Source: Candidatus Lustribacter sp.
GTDB lineage: Bacteria; Vulcanimicrobiota; Vulcanimicrobiia; Vulcanimicrobiales; Vulcanimicrobiaceae
Direction: 5' to 3'
DNA length: 64,000 nt
Assembly: GCA_965277805.1 (NCBI GenBank)
Contig: OZ255842.1
Span: 480,001-544,000, forward strand
Shown one piece after another: positions 9,660-18,064 of this stretch; the stretch's first letter is position 1, and the number at the start of each line of letters is the position of its first letter. The position numbers and the translations under genes were made by a program. The notes beneath the pieces were generated by a model. That model saw nothing but the letters and a program-made list of their open reading frames with translations. It made no database searches and had not been told where the DNA came from.

Positions 9660-10631
9660 ATGCCGATCTCGTCTCGTCGCGCATTCCTGGCCCGGTCCGC
9701 CGCCGCAGGCGCGGCAGCCGCGGCCTTCGGACCGCGGGCGGTTTCGGCACAATCCTCGCTCACGCTGAACATCGCGGCGATCCCGAGCGACATCGCGGGC
9801 AGCGCCTACTACGCCGCCGACAACGGCTTCTTCAAGAAGGCCGGCTTGGATGCGCAGTTTCTCGGTATCGCGAACGGCGCCGCGATCACGGCGGCGGTGC
9901 TCGGCGGTTCGGCCGACATCGGCTATTCGAACGTGATCTCGCTCGCGGCCGCGCATTCGAAGGGCCTGCCGATCACGATCTTGTTCCCGGCGAACCTGCA
10001 CGTGCACGAAGCGCCGACGGCCGGACTGCTGTCGGTGCTGAAGTCATCCCCGGTCACGAGCGCTAAGGATTTTGCCGGGAAAGTCATGGCGGTCAGCGGC
10101 ATCAACAACATCGCCGATCTCGCGCCGCGTCTGTGGATCGATAAGAACGGCGGCGATTCGAAGGCCGTGAAATCGGTGGAACTGCCGTTTTCCGAAATGA
10201 AGGCAGCGGTTGAGGCGGGCCGCATCGATGCGGCCGTGTGCGACACGACGAGCGATGCGGCGCTCGGCAAACCGGGCGACACGCTGCGCTTGATCGCGAG
10301 CACGTTCGATGCGGTATCGCCGCACTTCGCACCGTCGGTATGGTTTTCGACGACGGACTGGGTCAGCAAACACCCCGCGCAAGCCAAAGCGTTCATCGAG
10401 GGCATGCGGGAATCGGCGGCCTGGGCCGCCACGCACCATCGCGAATCGGCCGTCATTCTCTCGAAATACACGCACGTTACGCCCGAACAGATCAACGGGT
10501 TCCAGCGCACCACCTACGGCGAGCATCTCACGCCCGAACTCATTCAACCGAACATCGACGTCGCGGTGAAGTACGGCGTCCTCAAGACGTCGTTCCCGGT
10601 CTCCGAGATGATCTCGACCTTGGCGGGCTGA
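9660..10631 (+). CDS. ABC substrate-binding protein, SsuA/NMT1-THI5 type, Tat signal
   Basis: SD AAGGAGG, twin-arginine SRRAFL, GFFKKAGLD, GRIDA. Confidence 0.85.
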   Translation: MPISSRRAFLARSAAAGAAAAAFGPRAVSAQSSLTLNIAAIPSDIAGSAYYAADNGFFKKAGLDAQFLGIANGAAITAAVLGGSADIGYSNVISLAAAHSKGLPITILFPANLHVHEAPTAGLLSVLKSSPVTSAKDFAGKVMAVSGINNIADLAPRLWIDKNGGDSKAVKSVELPFSEMKAAVEAGRIDAAVCDTTSDAALGKPGDTLRLIASTFDAVSPHFAPSVWFSTTDWVSKHPAQAKAFIEGMRESAAWAATHHRESAVILSKYTHVTPEQINGFQRTTYGEHLTPELIQPNIDVAVKYGVLKTSFPVSEMISTLAG

Positions 10632-10728
10632 CGCAACAAATCTAGCCCAACGTACGCTCCCTTGGGCCGACGTTTCGCTCGCTTAATCGGCGGGCAACAC
10701 GTAGAAAATCCTATTGTTGGGGGGAGCT

Positions 10729-11316
10729 ATGAAAACGGAACACGAGCTCTACTCGCGGCCCGAAACGTGGGTTGCGTGGGGGGTTAATTGGAGCGCGGTT
10801 TGGGTCGGTGCGCTGGCAGCACTCACCTTCGCGCTGATCTTCGGATTGATCGGCACCGCCATCGGCGCGACGTCGGTCCAGAAATTCTCATCATTCACGA
10901 CGGTCTCGCGCATCGAAGTTGCGATGGTCATCTGTTCGGCGTTCTTCGCCTTCGTGATCGGCGGCTGGGCGGCCGGTAAAATCACCGGTGCCCGGCATTC
11001 GGAACGCACAATCTTGCACGGCGCGATCGCGTGGCTCGTCGCCACGCCCATGCTCGTAGCGATGCTCGCCGCGGGCGCGGGCAACGCGTTCGGCGGCTGG
11101 TACGGCGGCCTCGTCGTCTCGCCGTTCGGCGCTGCCGTCGCTGCCCCGGTGTCGACACCCGATGCGGTGCGTGCCACCGCGCTTTCCGCGCTCACCGCGC
11201 TACTCGTCGGATTGGTCGGCAGCGTCATCGGCGGCTGGATGGCCTCGGGTGAGCCCATGACCTTCACACACCACGCCAAACGCAACGCACACCTTGCGTC
11301 ACTGAAAGGAAACTAA
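10729..11316 (+). CDS. Four-TM membrane protein of unknown function
   Basis: SD GGGAG. VNWSAVWVGA start, GGWAAG, LHGAIAW and four hydrophobic segments. Confidence 0.75.
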   Translation: MKTEHELYSRPETWVAWGVNWSAVWVGALAALTFALIFGLIGTAIGATSVQKFSSFTTVSRIEVAMVICSAFFAFVIGGWAAGKITGARHSERTILHGAIAWLVATPMLVAMLAAGAGNAFGGWYGGLVVSPFGAAVAAPVSTPDAVRATALSALTALLVGLVGSVIGGWMASGEPMTFTHHAKRNAHLASLKGN

Positions 11317-11319
11317 GAC

Positions 11320-11400
11320 ATGCCGTTGATCATTCTGTGGCTGCTCGGAGCGCCGCTCGGACTCCTCATCATCCTCTTTATCCTCGGCATCGGCCGGTAG
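11320..11400 (+). CDS. 26-aa single-TM microprotein (MPLIILWLLGAPLGLLIILFILGIGR)
   Basis: AAAGGA SD at 11305-11310. ATG 3 nt after the upstream stop. GC3-rich codons, entirely hydrophobic. Absent from the ORF track. Confidence 0.7.
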   Translation: MPLIILWLLGAPLGLLIILFILGIGR

Positions 11401-11417
11401 GATTCGCTAGCGCCGAT

Positions 11418-11434
11418 AATTGAAGCGCACGATT
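11418..11434 (+). promoter_or_regulatory. Putative Ada box
   Basis: AATTGAAGCGCACGATT resembles the E. coli ada site AATTAAAGCGCAAGATT (recalled). Starts 57 nt upstream of the ada ATG. Confidence 0.6.
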
Positions 11435-11474
11435 CGGGTGGCGTCGAAGTAGCTGCTGCGAGCATCATGGGTTC

Positions 11475-12512
11475 ATGAACAGCAGTTACTACGACGCCCT
11501 CAGTCAGCGCGACCCGGCCTTCGACGGCGTTTTCTTGTACGCCGTCACCACCACGGGCGTCTTTTGCCGCCCCACCTGTAAGAGCCGCCGCCCGCTCGAA
11601 CGCAACGTCCGCTTCTTTGCGGATCCCGCGGCCGCGCGGGCAGCCGGTTTCCGGGCCTGCAAGCGCTGCCGTCCCGACGAGGCCACCTCCGATGCGCAGC
11701 CCGAATGGCTCGCGCAGGCGTGCCGCTTCTTGGAAGACGCCGAAGTTGCGCCGACGCTCGACGAACTCGCCGCGCACGTCGGCGTCAGCCGCGCGCACCT
11801 GCAGCGCAGTTTCACGCGTGCCGTCGGCGTTTCGCCGAAACGTTACGCCGCAACGCTGCGCGAAGAACGTCTGCGTACGTCACTGCGCAGCGGTGCCACC
11901 GTGAGCGAGGCGACGTACGCAAGCGGCTTCGGTTCGGGTTCGCGCGTGTACGACCCAGCGACGGTGCGGATCGGCATGACGCCGGCGAGCTACCGTCGCG
12001 GTGCATCGGGCCAGACCGTTGCCTACGGCATCGTCGCCTCGGTGCTCGGACCGGTGCTGGTCGCCGCAACGGAGCGCGGCATCTGTCACGTTGCCCTTGG
12101 CGACGACGCAGCTGCGCTCGAACGCGAGCTGCGCGCGTCGTTTCCTAAAGCGAATTTGGAGCGGGCCGACGACCGCGTCGAATCCGCGGCGTCGGCCTTG
12201 GTGCGTTATCTCGCGAACGAAGGGCCATGGCCGCAGCTTCCGCTCGACGTGCGCGCGACCGCGTTCCAAGCGCGCGTGTGGGAAGCGTTGACGCGCCTCG
12301 CGCCCGGCGCCACCACAACGTATGGCGAACTTGCCGCAGCGCTGGGCGATCCGCACGCAACGCGCGCCGTGGCGCGCGCGTGTTCCAGCAATCCGGTCGC
12401 GCTCTTGATTCCCTGTCATCGCGTGGTCGCGAAGAACGGCGAGTTGCGCGGCTATCGTTGGGGCCTCGAGCGCAAGAGCCGTCTGCTCGACATCGAACGC
12501 AGCGCTTCGTGA
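11475..12512 (+). CDS. ada: Bifunctional Ada regulator / O6-methylguanine-DNA methyltransferase
   Basis: Zn domain GVFCRPTC...RACKRC, AraC-type HTH, C-terminal PCHRV. Confidence 0.93.
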   Translation: MNSSYYDALSQRDPAFDGVFLYAVTTTGVFCRPTCKSRRPLERNVRFFADPAAARAAGFRACKRCRPDEATSDAQPEWLAQACRFLEDAEVAPTLDELAAHVGVSRAHLQRSFTRAVGVSPKRYAATLREERLRTSLRSGATVSEATYASGFGSGSRVYDPATVRIGMTPASYRRGASGQTVAYGIVASVLGPVLVAATERGICHVALGDDAAALERELRASFPKANLERADDRVESAASALVRYLANEGPWPQLPLDVRATAFQARVWEALTRLAPGATTTYGELAAALGDPHATRAVARACSSNPVALLIPCHRVVAKNGELRGYRWGLERKSRLLDIERSAS

Positions 12513-13180
12513 TCGATCCGGATGAGATGACCGCGCGTCTCGACGAACGTGGGTACGCGGTCGTGCCCGCGCTGTTGGATGCTGCGACCTGTGCCGAGCT
12601 CGTCGCGGAATACGACGACGGCGCGCTCTTCCGCAACACGGTCGTCATGCAGCGGCACGGATACGGACGCGGCGAGTACCGCTACTTCGGCTATCCGCTG
12701 CCGCCGCGCGTGCAGAGCTTGCGCGAATCGCTCTACGCGGCGCTCGTACCGGCGGCCAATGCGTGGTCGGACCGGCTCGGGTCGAAGGTGCGGTTTCCGG
12801 CCGAACTTTCGCTGATGCTCGACCTGTGCCACGATGCCGGCCAAGTGCGCCCGACCGCGCTGCTGCTCCGCTATCACGCGGGCGACTATAACGCGCTGCA
12901 CCAGGACATCTACGGTGAGGTCGCGTTTCCGCTGCAGGCGACGATCCTGCTCAGCGATCCGGCGACCTTCAGCGGCGGCGAATTCGTGCTGGTCGAGGCC
13001 AAGCCGCGCAAGCAGAGCGTCGCGCACGTGGTGCCGCTCGGGCTCGGCGACTGCATCGTGTTTCCGAACCGCCTGCGTCCCAATGCCGAGGGCGCGCGTT
13101 CGACATTCCGGCACGGGGTTGCCGAAGTGCTCAGCGGCACGCGCGTCACGCTCGGCATCATCCTTCACGACGCCCAATAG
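12509..13180 (+). CDS. 2OG-Fe(II) oxygenase (DUF2086/Oxygenase-NA type)
   Basis: GTGA overlap with ada. GRGEYRYF, YNALHQDIYGE (HxD), GGEFVL, RHGV...R. Confidence 0.8.
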   Translation: MIDPDEMTARLDERGYAVVPALLDAATCAELVAEYDDGALFRNTVVMQRHGYGRGEYRYFGYPLPPRVQSLRESLYAALVPAANAWSDRLGSKVRFPAELSLMLDLCHDAGQVRPTALLLRYHAGDYNALHQDIYGEVAFPLQATILLSDPATFSGGEFVLVEAKPRKQSVAHVVPLGLGDCIVFPNRLRPNAEGARSTFRHGVAEVLSGTRVTLGIILHDAQ

Positions 13181-13214
13181 AGGCGCCCCAGCCGCTCGGG
13201 TCCAAGGGCCGCTT

Positions 13215-14165
13215 ATGACGTTGCGCCGTTCTTGTGCGTTGCTCGTCCTCGCTCTCTCGCTCGCGGTGCCGGCCGGTGCGCAGAGCGCGCCGCCGCTCGT
13301 GACGATTCGCGTTGCGTCCAATGCGGCCGACGACGTGACGCCGATCCTCTATGCCCAGAAGACGGGGATGTTTGCCAAAGCCGGGCTCGACGTTCAGCTC
13401 GAGAAGATGAACAGCGGCGCCGCGGTGACGGCTGCCGTCGTGGGCGGCTCGATCGACATCGGCAAGTCGAGCCTCATTCCGCTGATCAACGCGCACGTTC
13501 ACGGCGTGCCGCTCGCGATCGTGGCGCCGGGCGAACTCTGGCTGACCGATGCGCCGATTTCCGGGATGGTCGTCAAGAAAGATGGGCCGGTCACCTCGGC
13601 GCGCGACCTCAACGGCAAAACCGTGGCGGTCGTCGCGCTCGGCGATCTCACCCACACGGGCGCCCGTGCGTGGATCGATAAGAACGGCGGCGACTCGAAG
13701 TCGATTCACTACTTGGAGCTGCCCAGCGCTACCGTGCTGGCCGCCCTCAACGACGGCCGCATCGACGGGGCCAACGTAAGCAATCCGATGTTCGCCCAGA
13801 TCGTCGCCTCAGGCCAGGTGCGCGTCATCGGCCATCCGTCGGATGCGATCGCCAAGCACTTTCTCGTAACGGCGTTCTTTGCCACGACGGATTATGCGGC
13901 GAAGAATGCGCCGGCCATCGCCAAATTCCAGCAAGTGCTGCGCGCAGCGGCGACGTATACCAACGCTCACCATGCGGAGACGGCCCCGATGACCGCTGCG
14001 TTCTACGGCATGGACCCGGCGGTGCTCAACGGCATGAACCGTTCGACCGTCGGTATGACGCTCGACGTACGCGACATCCAGCCGCTGATCGATACGGCGG
14101 CGAAGTACGGCGTGATCGCCGCACCGTTCGATGCCCGCCAACTCATCGCGACCGAAGCTCACTAG
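13215..14165 (+). CDS. ABC substrate-binding protein, SsuA/NMT1-THI5 type
   Basis: Signal peptide, GMFAKAGLDV, DLNGKTVAV, WIDKNGGD, AKYG. Confidence 0.85.
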   Translation: MTLRRSCALLVLALSLAVPAGAQSAPPLVTIRVASNAADDVTPILYAQKTGMFAKAGLDVQLEKMNSGAAVTAAVVGGSIDIGKSSLIPLINAHVHGVPLAIVAPGELWLTDAPISGMVVKKDGPVTSARDLNGKTVAVVALGDLTHTGARAWIDKNGGDSKSIHYLELPSATVLAALNDGRIDGANVSNPMFAQIVASGQVRVIGHPSDAIAKHFLVTAFFATTDYAAKNAPAIAKFQQVLRAAATYTNAHHAETAPMTAAFYGMDPAVLNGMNRSTVGMTLDVRDIQPLIDTAAKYGVIAAPFDARQLIATEAH

Positions 14166-14177
14166 GAGAACCTCGCC

Positions 14178-15386
14178 ATGGCAACCACGCAAGAGCAAAA
14201 CGACCGCCTGACGCAAGTTGGGCCGGGAACGCCGATGGGCAATCTCATGCGGCGCTATTGGCATCCGATCGCCGCCGCGATCGAGCTCGACGTGGATCCC
14301 GTGCGCAAGGTCCGTTTCTTCGGCGAGGACTTGACCCTCTATCGCTCCGAGGCCGGCGAATACGGTCTCGTCGAGGACCGCTGCGCGCACCGCTGCATGT
14401 CGCTCGAATTCGGCATTCCCGATGCCAAGGGGTTGCGCTGCGCCTATCACGGCTGGGTCTACGACAGCGCCGGCAAATGCGTCGAGCAGCCGTTTGAAGA
14501 TCGCGCGTTCCCCGAGGCCCGCTATCGCGATCGCATCAAGATCACAGCCTATCCGGTGCAAGAATTGGGCGGCCTGCTCTTCGCGTACTTCGGCCCCGAA
14601 CCGGCGCCGCTGCTGCCGCGCTGGGACCTGCTCGTGCGCACCGATCTCGACGTGGCGGTCGAAAAGCATCCGCTGCCGTGCAATTGGCTGCAGTGCATGG
14701 ACAACGCGGCCGATCCCGTGCACTTCGAGTTTCTGCACGCTGCATTCGGGAATTACACGCTGAAGAAGCTCGGCAAGCCGGCCGGGATGACGCAAGCGCG
14801 GCATTTGAAGATCGAGTTCGACCTCTTCCGTTACGGCATCATGAAGCGCCGGCTGCTCGAGGGCGCGCCGGAAGATTCCGATGAGTGGCGCGTCGGCCAT
14901 CCGCTGATTTTTCCGAACCTGCTCGCAGTCGGGAACGAAGGCACGTCGACCTTGCAGTACCGCATTCCGGTCGACGATACGCACACGCTGCAGATCGCGT
15001 ACCGCACCACCAAGCGCGAACCCGGCGCCGAGCCGAAAGCGATCACGGTCAAGTATTCGGAACTCTTCGACGGCGAGGGCAAGCTGGTCGCCGACACGAT
15101 TCCCAAGCAAGACATGACCGGCTGGGTCGGTCAAGGTCCGATTTCCGATCGCACGCGCGAACACCTCACCGCCAGCGACAAAGGCGTGATCTTGTACCAC
15201 AAGCTGCTGGTCGAGAACATGGATCGCGTCGAGCGCGGTGAGGACCCCATGGGCATTATCCGCGATCGCGCCGAGAACGAACCGATGGTCGACATTCGCC
15301 GCGAGAACGACGGCATGCGCACCTTCGAAGTGCGCTACGACAACTATTTCGAGCACATTCGCAAACTCGCCGACATCAAAGGGTGA
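14178..15386 (+). CDS. Rieske oxygenase large subunit (phthalate dioxygenase/LigX-type alpha3 family)
   Basis: SD AGGAG. VGPGTPMG..RRYW, CAH...CAYHGW Rieske ligands, DPVHFEFLH mononuclear Fe motif. Confidence 0.9.
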   Translation: MATTQEQNDRLTQVGPGTPMGNLMRRYWHPIAAAIELDVDPVRKVRFFGEDLTLYRSEAGEYGLVEDRCAHRCMSLEFGIPDAKGLRCAYHGWVYDSAGKCVEQPFEDRAFPEARYRDRIKITAYPVQELGGLLFAYFGPEPAPLLPRWDLLVRTDLDVAVEKHPLPCNWLQCMDNAADPVHFEFLHAAFGNYTLKKLGKPAGMTQARHLKIEFDLFRYGIMKRRLLEGAPEDSDEWRVGHPLIFPNLLAVGNEGTSTLQYRIPVDDTHTLQIAYRTTKREPGAEPKAITVKYSELFDGEGKLVADTIPKQDMTGWVGQGPISDRTREHLTASDKGVILYHKLLVENMDRVERGEDPMGIIRDRAENEPMVDIRRENDGMRTFEVRYDNYFEHIRKLADIKG

Positions 15387-15390
15387 CCTG

Positions 15391-16341
15391 TTGATCCCGA
15401 TAACCCGTAAGACGACGCTCGGTCTCATCGCCGCGGCGGCCGCCGCGCTGCCCGTGCGCGGCATGGCCCAAACCTCGCCCGTGCTGCGCGCTGGCGTCGA
15501 GTCGGGAGTCGAGGCGTTCTGCGAACTGCAGTACGGCGTCGAGTCGGGCGTGTTTGCGCGCGCCGGGCTGAACGTCGAGACGACGTCGTTCTCGTCGGCC
15601 GGACCGATCGCGGCAGCGCTCGCGGGCGGCGCGCTCGACGTCGGCACGGTCGACGGCATCTTGCTCGCCAACGCGGTGAACCGCGGCATCCCGCTCGTCG
15701 CGATTGCCGGCAGCGGGCTGTTCCGCGCGACCGAGCCGTCGAGCGGCTTGTGCGTGCTCACCTCGTCGCCGCTGCGCAATCCGAAGCAATTCGAAGGGCA
15801 GACGATTGCGGTCGGCACGCTCGCATCGCTGACGAGCATCTCGCTGCGCATGTGGCTTTCCCAGGGCGGCGTCGATCCGGCGAAGGTGCAGTTCGTCGAG
15901 ATGAAGTTCGGGGAGATGGCGGCCGCACTGCAGCGCGGGACGGTGGCCAGCGCCTACATGATCGAACCGATGATCACGCAGAACGTGGGCACGGTGAAGC
16001 TCGTCGCGACGCCGTACGCGGCGATCAAACCGGTGTTTCCGATCAGCCTCGTCGTCACGACGCGGGCGTGGCTCGCGCAGAACGATGCGCTCGCGCGCCG
16101 CTTCGTTGCCGCCACGTACGAGACCGCGCGCTGGGCGAATGCGAGCCGCGCGCAGACGGCCGTGCTGCTGGCCAAAGATGCGCAGCAAGACCTCAGCATC
16201 GTGCAGCGCATGCACCGCACGCAATTCGCAACGTCGCTCGACGTGCCGGCGATTCAGGCCGTGCTCGATGCGGCCGCCTCCAACAAGCTGATCGATCGTG
16301 CCACGAGCGCAACCGACCTGATCGCGCGTGTCTCCGCCTAG
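15391..16341 (+). CDS. ABC substrate-binding protein, SsuA/NMT1-THI5 type
   Basis: TRKTTL Tat-like leader, GVFARAGLNV, GGVDPAKVQFVEM. Confidence 0.8.
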   Translation: MIPITRKTTLGLIAAAAAALPVRGMAQTSPVLRAGVESGVEAFCELQYGVESGVFARAGLNVETTSFSSAGPIAAALAGGALDVGTVDGILLANAVNRGIPLVAIAGSGLFRATEPSSGLCVLTSSPLRNPKQFEGQTIAVGTLASLTSISLRMWLSQGGVDPAKVQFVEMKFGEMAAALQRGTVASAYMIEPMITQNVGTVKLVATPYAAIKPVFPISLVVTTRAWLAQNDALARRFVAATYETARWANASRAQTAVLLAKDAQQDLSIVQRMHRTQFATSLDVPAIQAVLDAAASNKLIDRATSATDLIARVSA

Positions 16342-17548
16342 CGCGGATCAACCGCTGCGCCTGGGCGTAGCCGGGCTTGGCGTGGCGAGCACACTGTTTT
16401 TGCCCGGCGTCGAATCGTATCCGAACGCGCGCATCGTGGCCGCCGCCGACCGCCGTCCGGCGGCGCTCGCCGCGTTTGCGGAACGCTATCGCGCCAACAC
16501 CTACGATTCGGTTGAGGCGCTGTGCAGCGATCCGGACGTCGACGTCGTCTGGATCGCGACGCCGAACCAGTTCCACTGCGAACACACGATCCTCGCGGCG
16601 GAACACAAGAAGCACGTCGTGTGCACGAAGCCGATGGCGCTGGGCGTCGATGAAGCGCGGCGCATGTGCGAAGCGGCGGAGCGCAACGGCGTGCAGCTGC
16701 TGTGCGGTCAGACGTGGAGCATGAGCCCCGACGTGCAAGCGATGTGGCGCGTCGTGACGTCGGGCGAACTCGGCGGCTTGATCGCGATCAACACGTGGCT
16801 CTCCACCGACTGGCTGCTCAAGCCGCGCATGCCCGAAGAACTCGATGAAGCGCTTGGCGGCGGCGTCGTCTACCGCCACGCACCGCACCTGATCGACACG
16901 GTGCGTTTGCTCGGTGGCGGGCGCCTGCGCAGCGTGCGCGGTTCGGTCGGCCGCTGGATGCCCGAACGCCCGTGTCCCGGAAATTTCTCCGCCTACCTGG
17001 AGTTCGAAGACGGCACACCGGGGACGATCGCCTACAACGGATACGGCTACTTCGACACCTCCGAACTCACGTGGGGCATCGGTAATCGGCTCTATACCGA
17101 CGACGAGCGCATCGGCGTACGCCGCGCGCTCAGGGCAGGCACGTTCGACAACGACGGTGCGAAAGAAGAGATGCGCTTCGGCGCCGCCCGCACCGTCGCG
17201 GCCAACACCGGGGGTACGCCGACGGTTGCGGGAACGCGCGCGCACATCGGCTGGTTCGGCATCACGGTTGCGAGTTGCGAGCGCGGTGACGTGCGCCAAT
17301 CACCCAACGGCCTCTACGTCTACGACGCGAACGGCCGCCGCGAAATCCCCGTCACCGGCGGCCGCGGCACCGGCATGCTCGAGATGCGCGAAATGTACGA
17401 GTGCCTCCACAACAACGTCCCCATCACCCACGACGGCCGCTGGGCCCTAGCCACCCTCGAAGTAGGCATGGCCATCCTAGCCTCAGGCGAGCAACGAAAA
17501 GAAATACTTCTCGAGCACCAGTGCGAGATCGCGCACGCGGTGAAATGA
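16328..17548 (+). CDS. Gfo/Idh/MocA oxidoreductase, cis-dihydrodiol dehydrogenase (OphB)-like
   Basis: GVAGLG, VWIATPNQFH, KPMA, GGGVVYRHAPHLID. Adjacent to a Rieske oxygenase. Confidence 0.8.
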   Translation: MSPPSADQPLRLGVAGLGVASTLFLPGVESYPNARIVAAADRRPAALAAFAERYRANTYDSVEALCSDPDVDVVWIATPNQFHCEHTILAAEHKKHVVCTKPMALGVDEARRMCEAAERNGVQLLCGQTWSMSPDVQAMWRVVTSGELGGLIAINTWLSTDWLLKPRMPEELDEALGGGVVYRHAPHLIDTVRLLGGGRLRSVRGSVGRWMPERPCPGNFSAYLEFEDGTPGTIAYNGYGYFDTSELTWGIGNRLYTDDERIGVRRALRAGTFDNDGAKEEMRFGAARTVAANTGGTPTVAGTRAHIGWFGITVASCERGDVRQSPNGLYVYDANGRREIPVTGGRGTGMLEMREMYECLHNNVPITHDGRWALATLEVGMAILASGEQRKEILLEHQCEIAHAVK

Positions 17549-17565
17549 ACGAAGAAAAAAAATGG

Positions 17566-17695
17566 TGTCATTCCGAGCGAAGTGCCGAAGGCACGTAGAC
17601 GAGGAACGAGCCACGATTCTCGCGGTCGCACGCTAAATGCTGAGACTATCTCGGATTCCTCGTCAGCGTCCGTTCGGCACTTGCTCGGAATGACA
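17566..17695. repeat. ~130-bp palindromic REP/MITE-like element
   Basis: Terminal arms TGTCATTCCGAGC(G)AAGTGCCGAA...TTCGGCACTTGCTCGGAATGACA plus inner GACGAGGAA/TTCCTCGTC pairing. TGG on both flanks. T8 tract follows on the minus strand. Confidence 0.8.
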
Positions 17696-18035
17696 TGGCA
17701 CACGCAATCCACCAAATGAGAAGCAACTGGAGAGGCACGCGTAGCCAGATCACCCACGCTGGTGCGACGGATGCGAAGTGGGCGGCTTCGATGGCCATGT
17801 AGATGTTGGCCGGCCACACGGCGATGAGGAGCGCGATGAGACCGATGGCGGCGGCCTTGCGAGTGGCGGGGATGAGGAGGCCGATGCCGCCGGCGAGTTC
17901 GGCGACGCCGCTGATTGCAACGAGCAGATCCGCATGGCCGAGTTGGGGTGGGATGATCGAGGTGAAGATTTCCGAATGTGTGATGTGCGCGGTGCCCGAG
18001 GTCAGGAACAGCGCTGCCGGCGCGCCGATGCGCAA
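17646..18035 (-). CDS. DoxX-family membrane protein (start uncertain)
   Basis: LFLTSGTAH, SGVAELAGGIGLLIP, VWPANIYMA, WLRVPLQ. Confidence 0.8.
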   Translation of the reverse strand: MRIGAPAALFLTSGTAHITHSEIFTSIIPPQLGHADLLVAISGVAELAGGIGLLIPATRKAAAIGLIALLIAVWPANIYMAIEAAHFASVAPAWVIWLRVPLQLLLIWWIACAMSFRASAERTLTRNPR

Positions 18036-18064
18036 GAGCCAGCGCAGGATCCGGGCGCCGGGGC

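Noticed and set aside
10645-10667. GCCCAA/TTGGGC hairpin after the SBP gene as an intrinsic terminator
   Set aside because: Only a 6-bp stem with an 11-nt loop and no adjacent U-tract.
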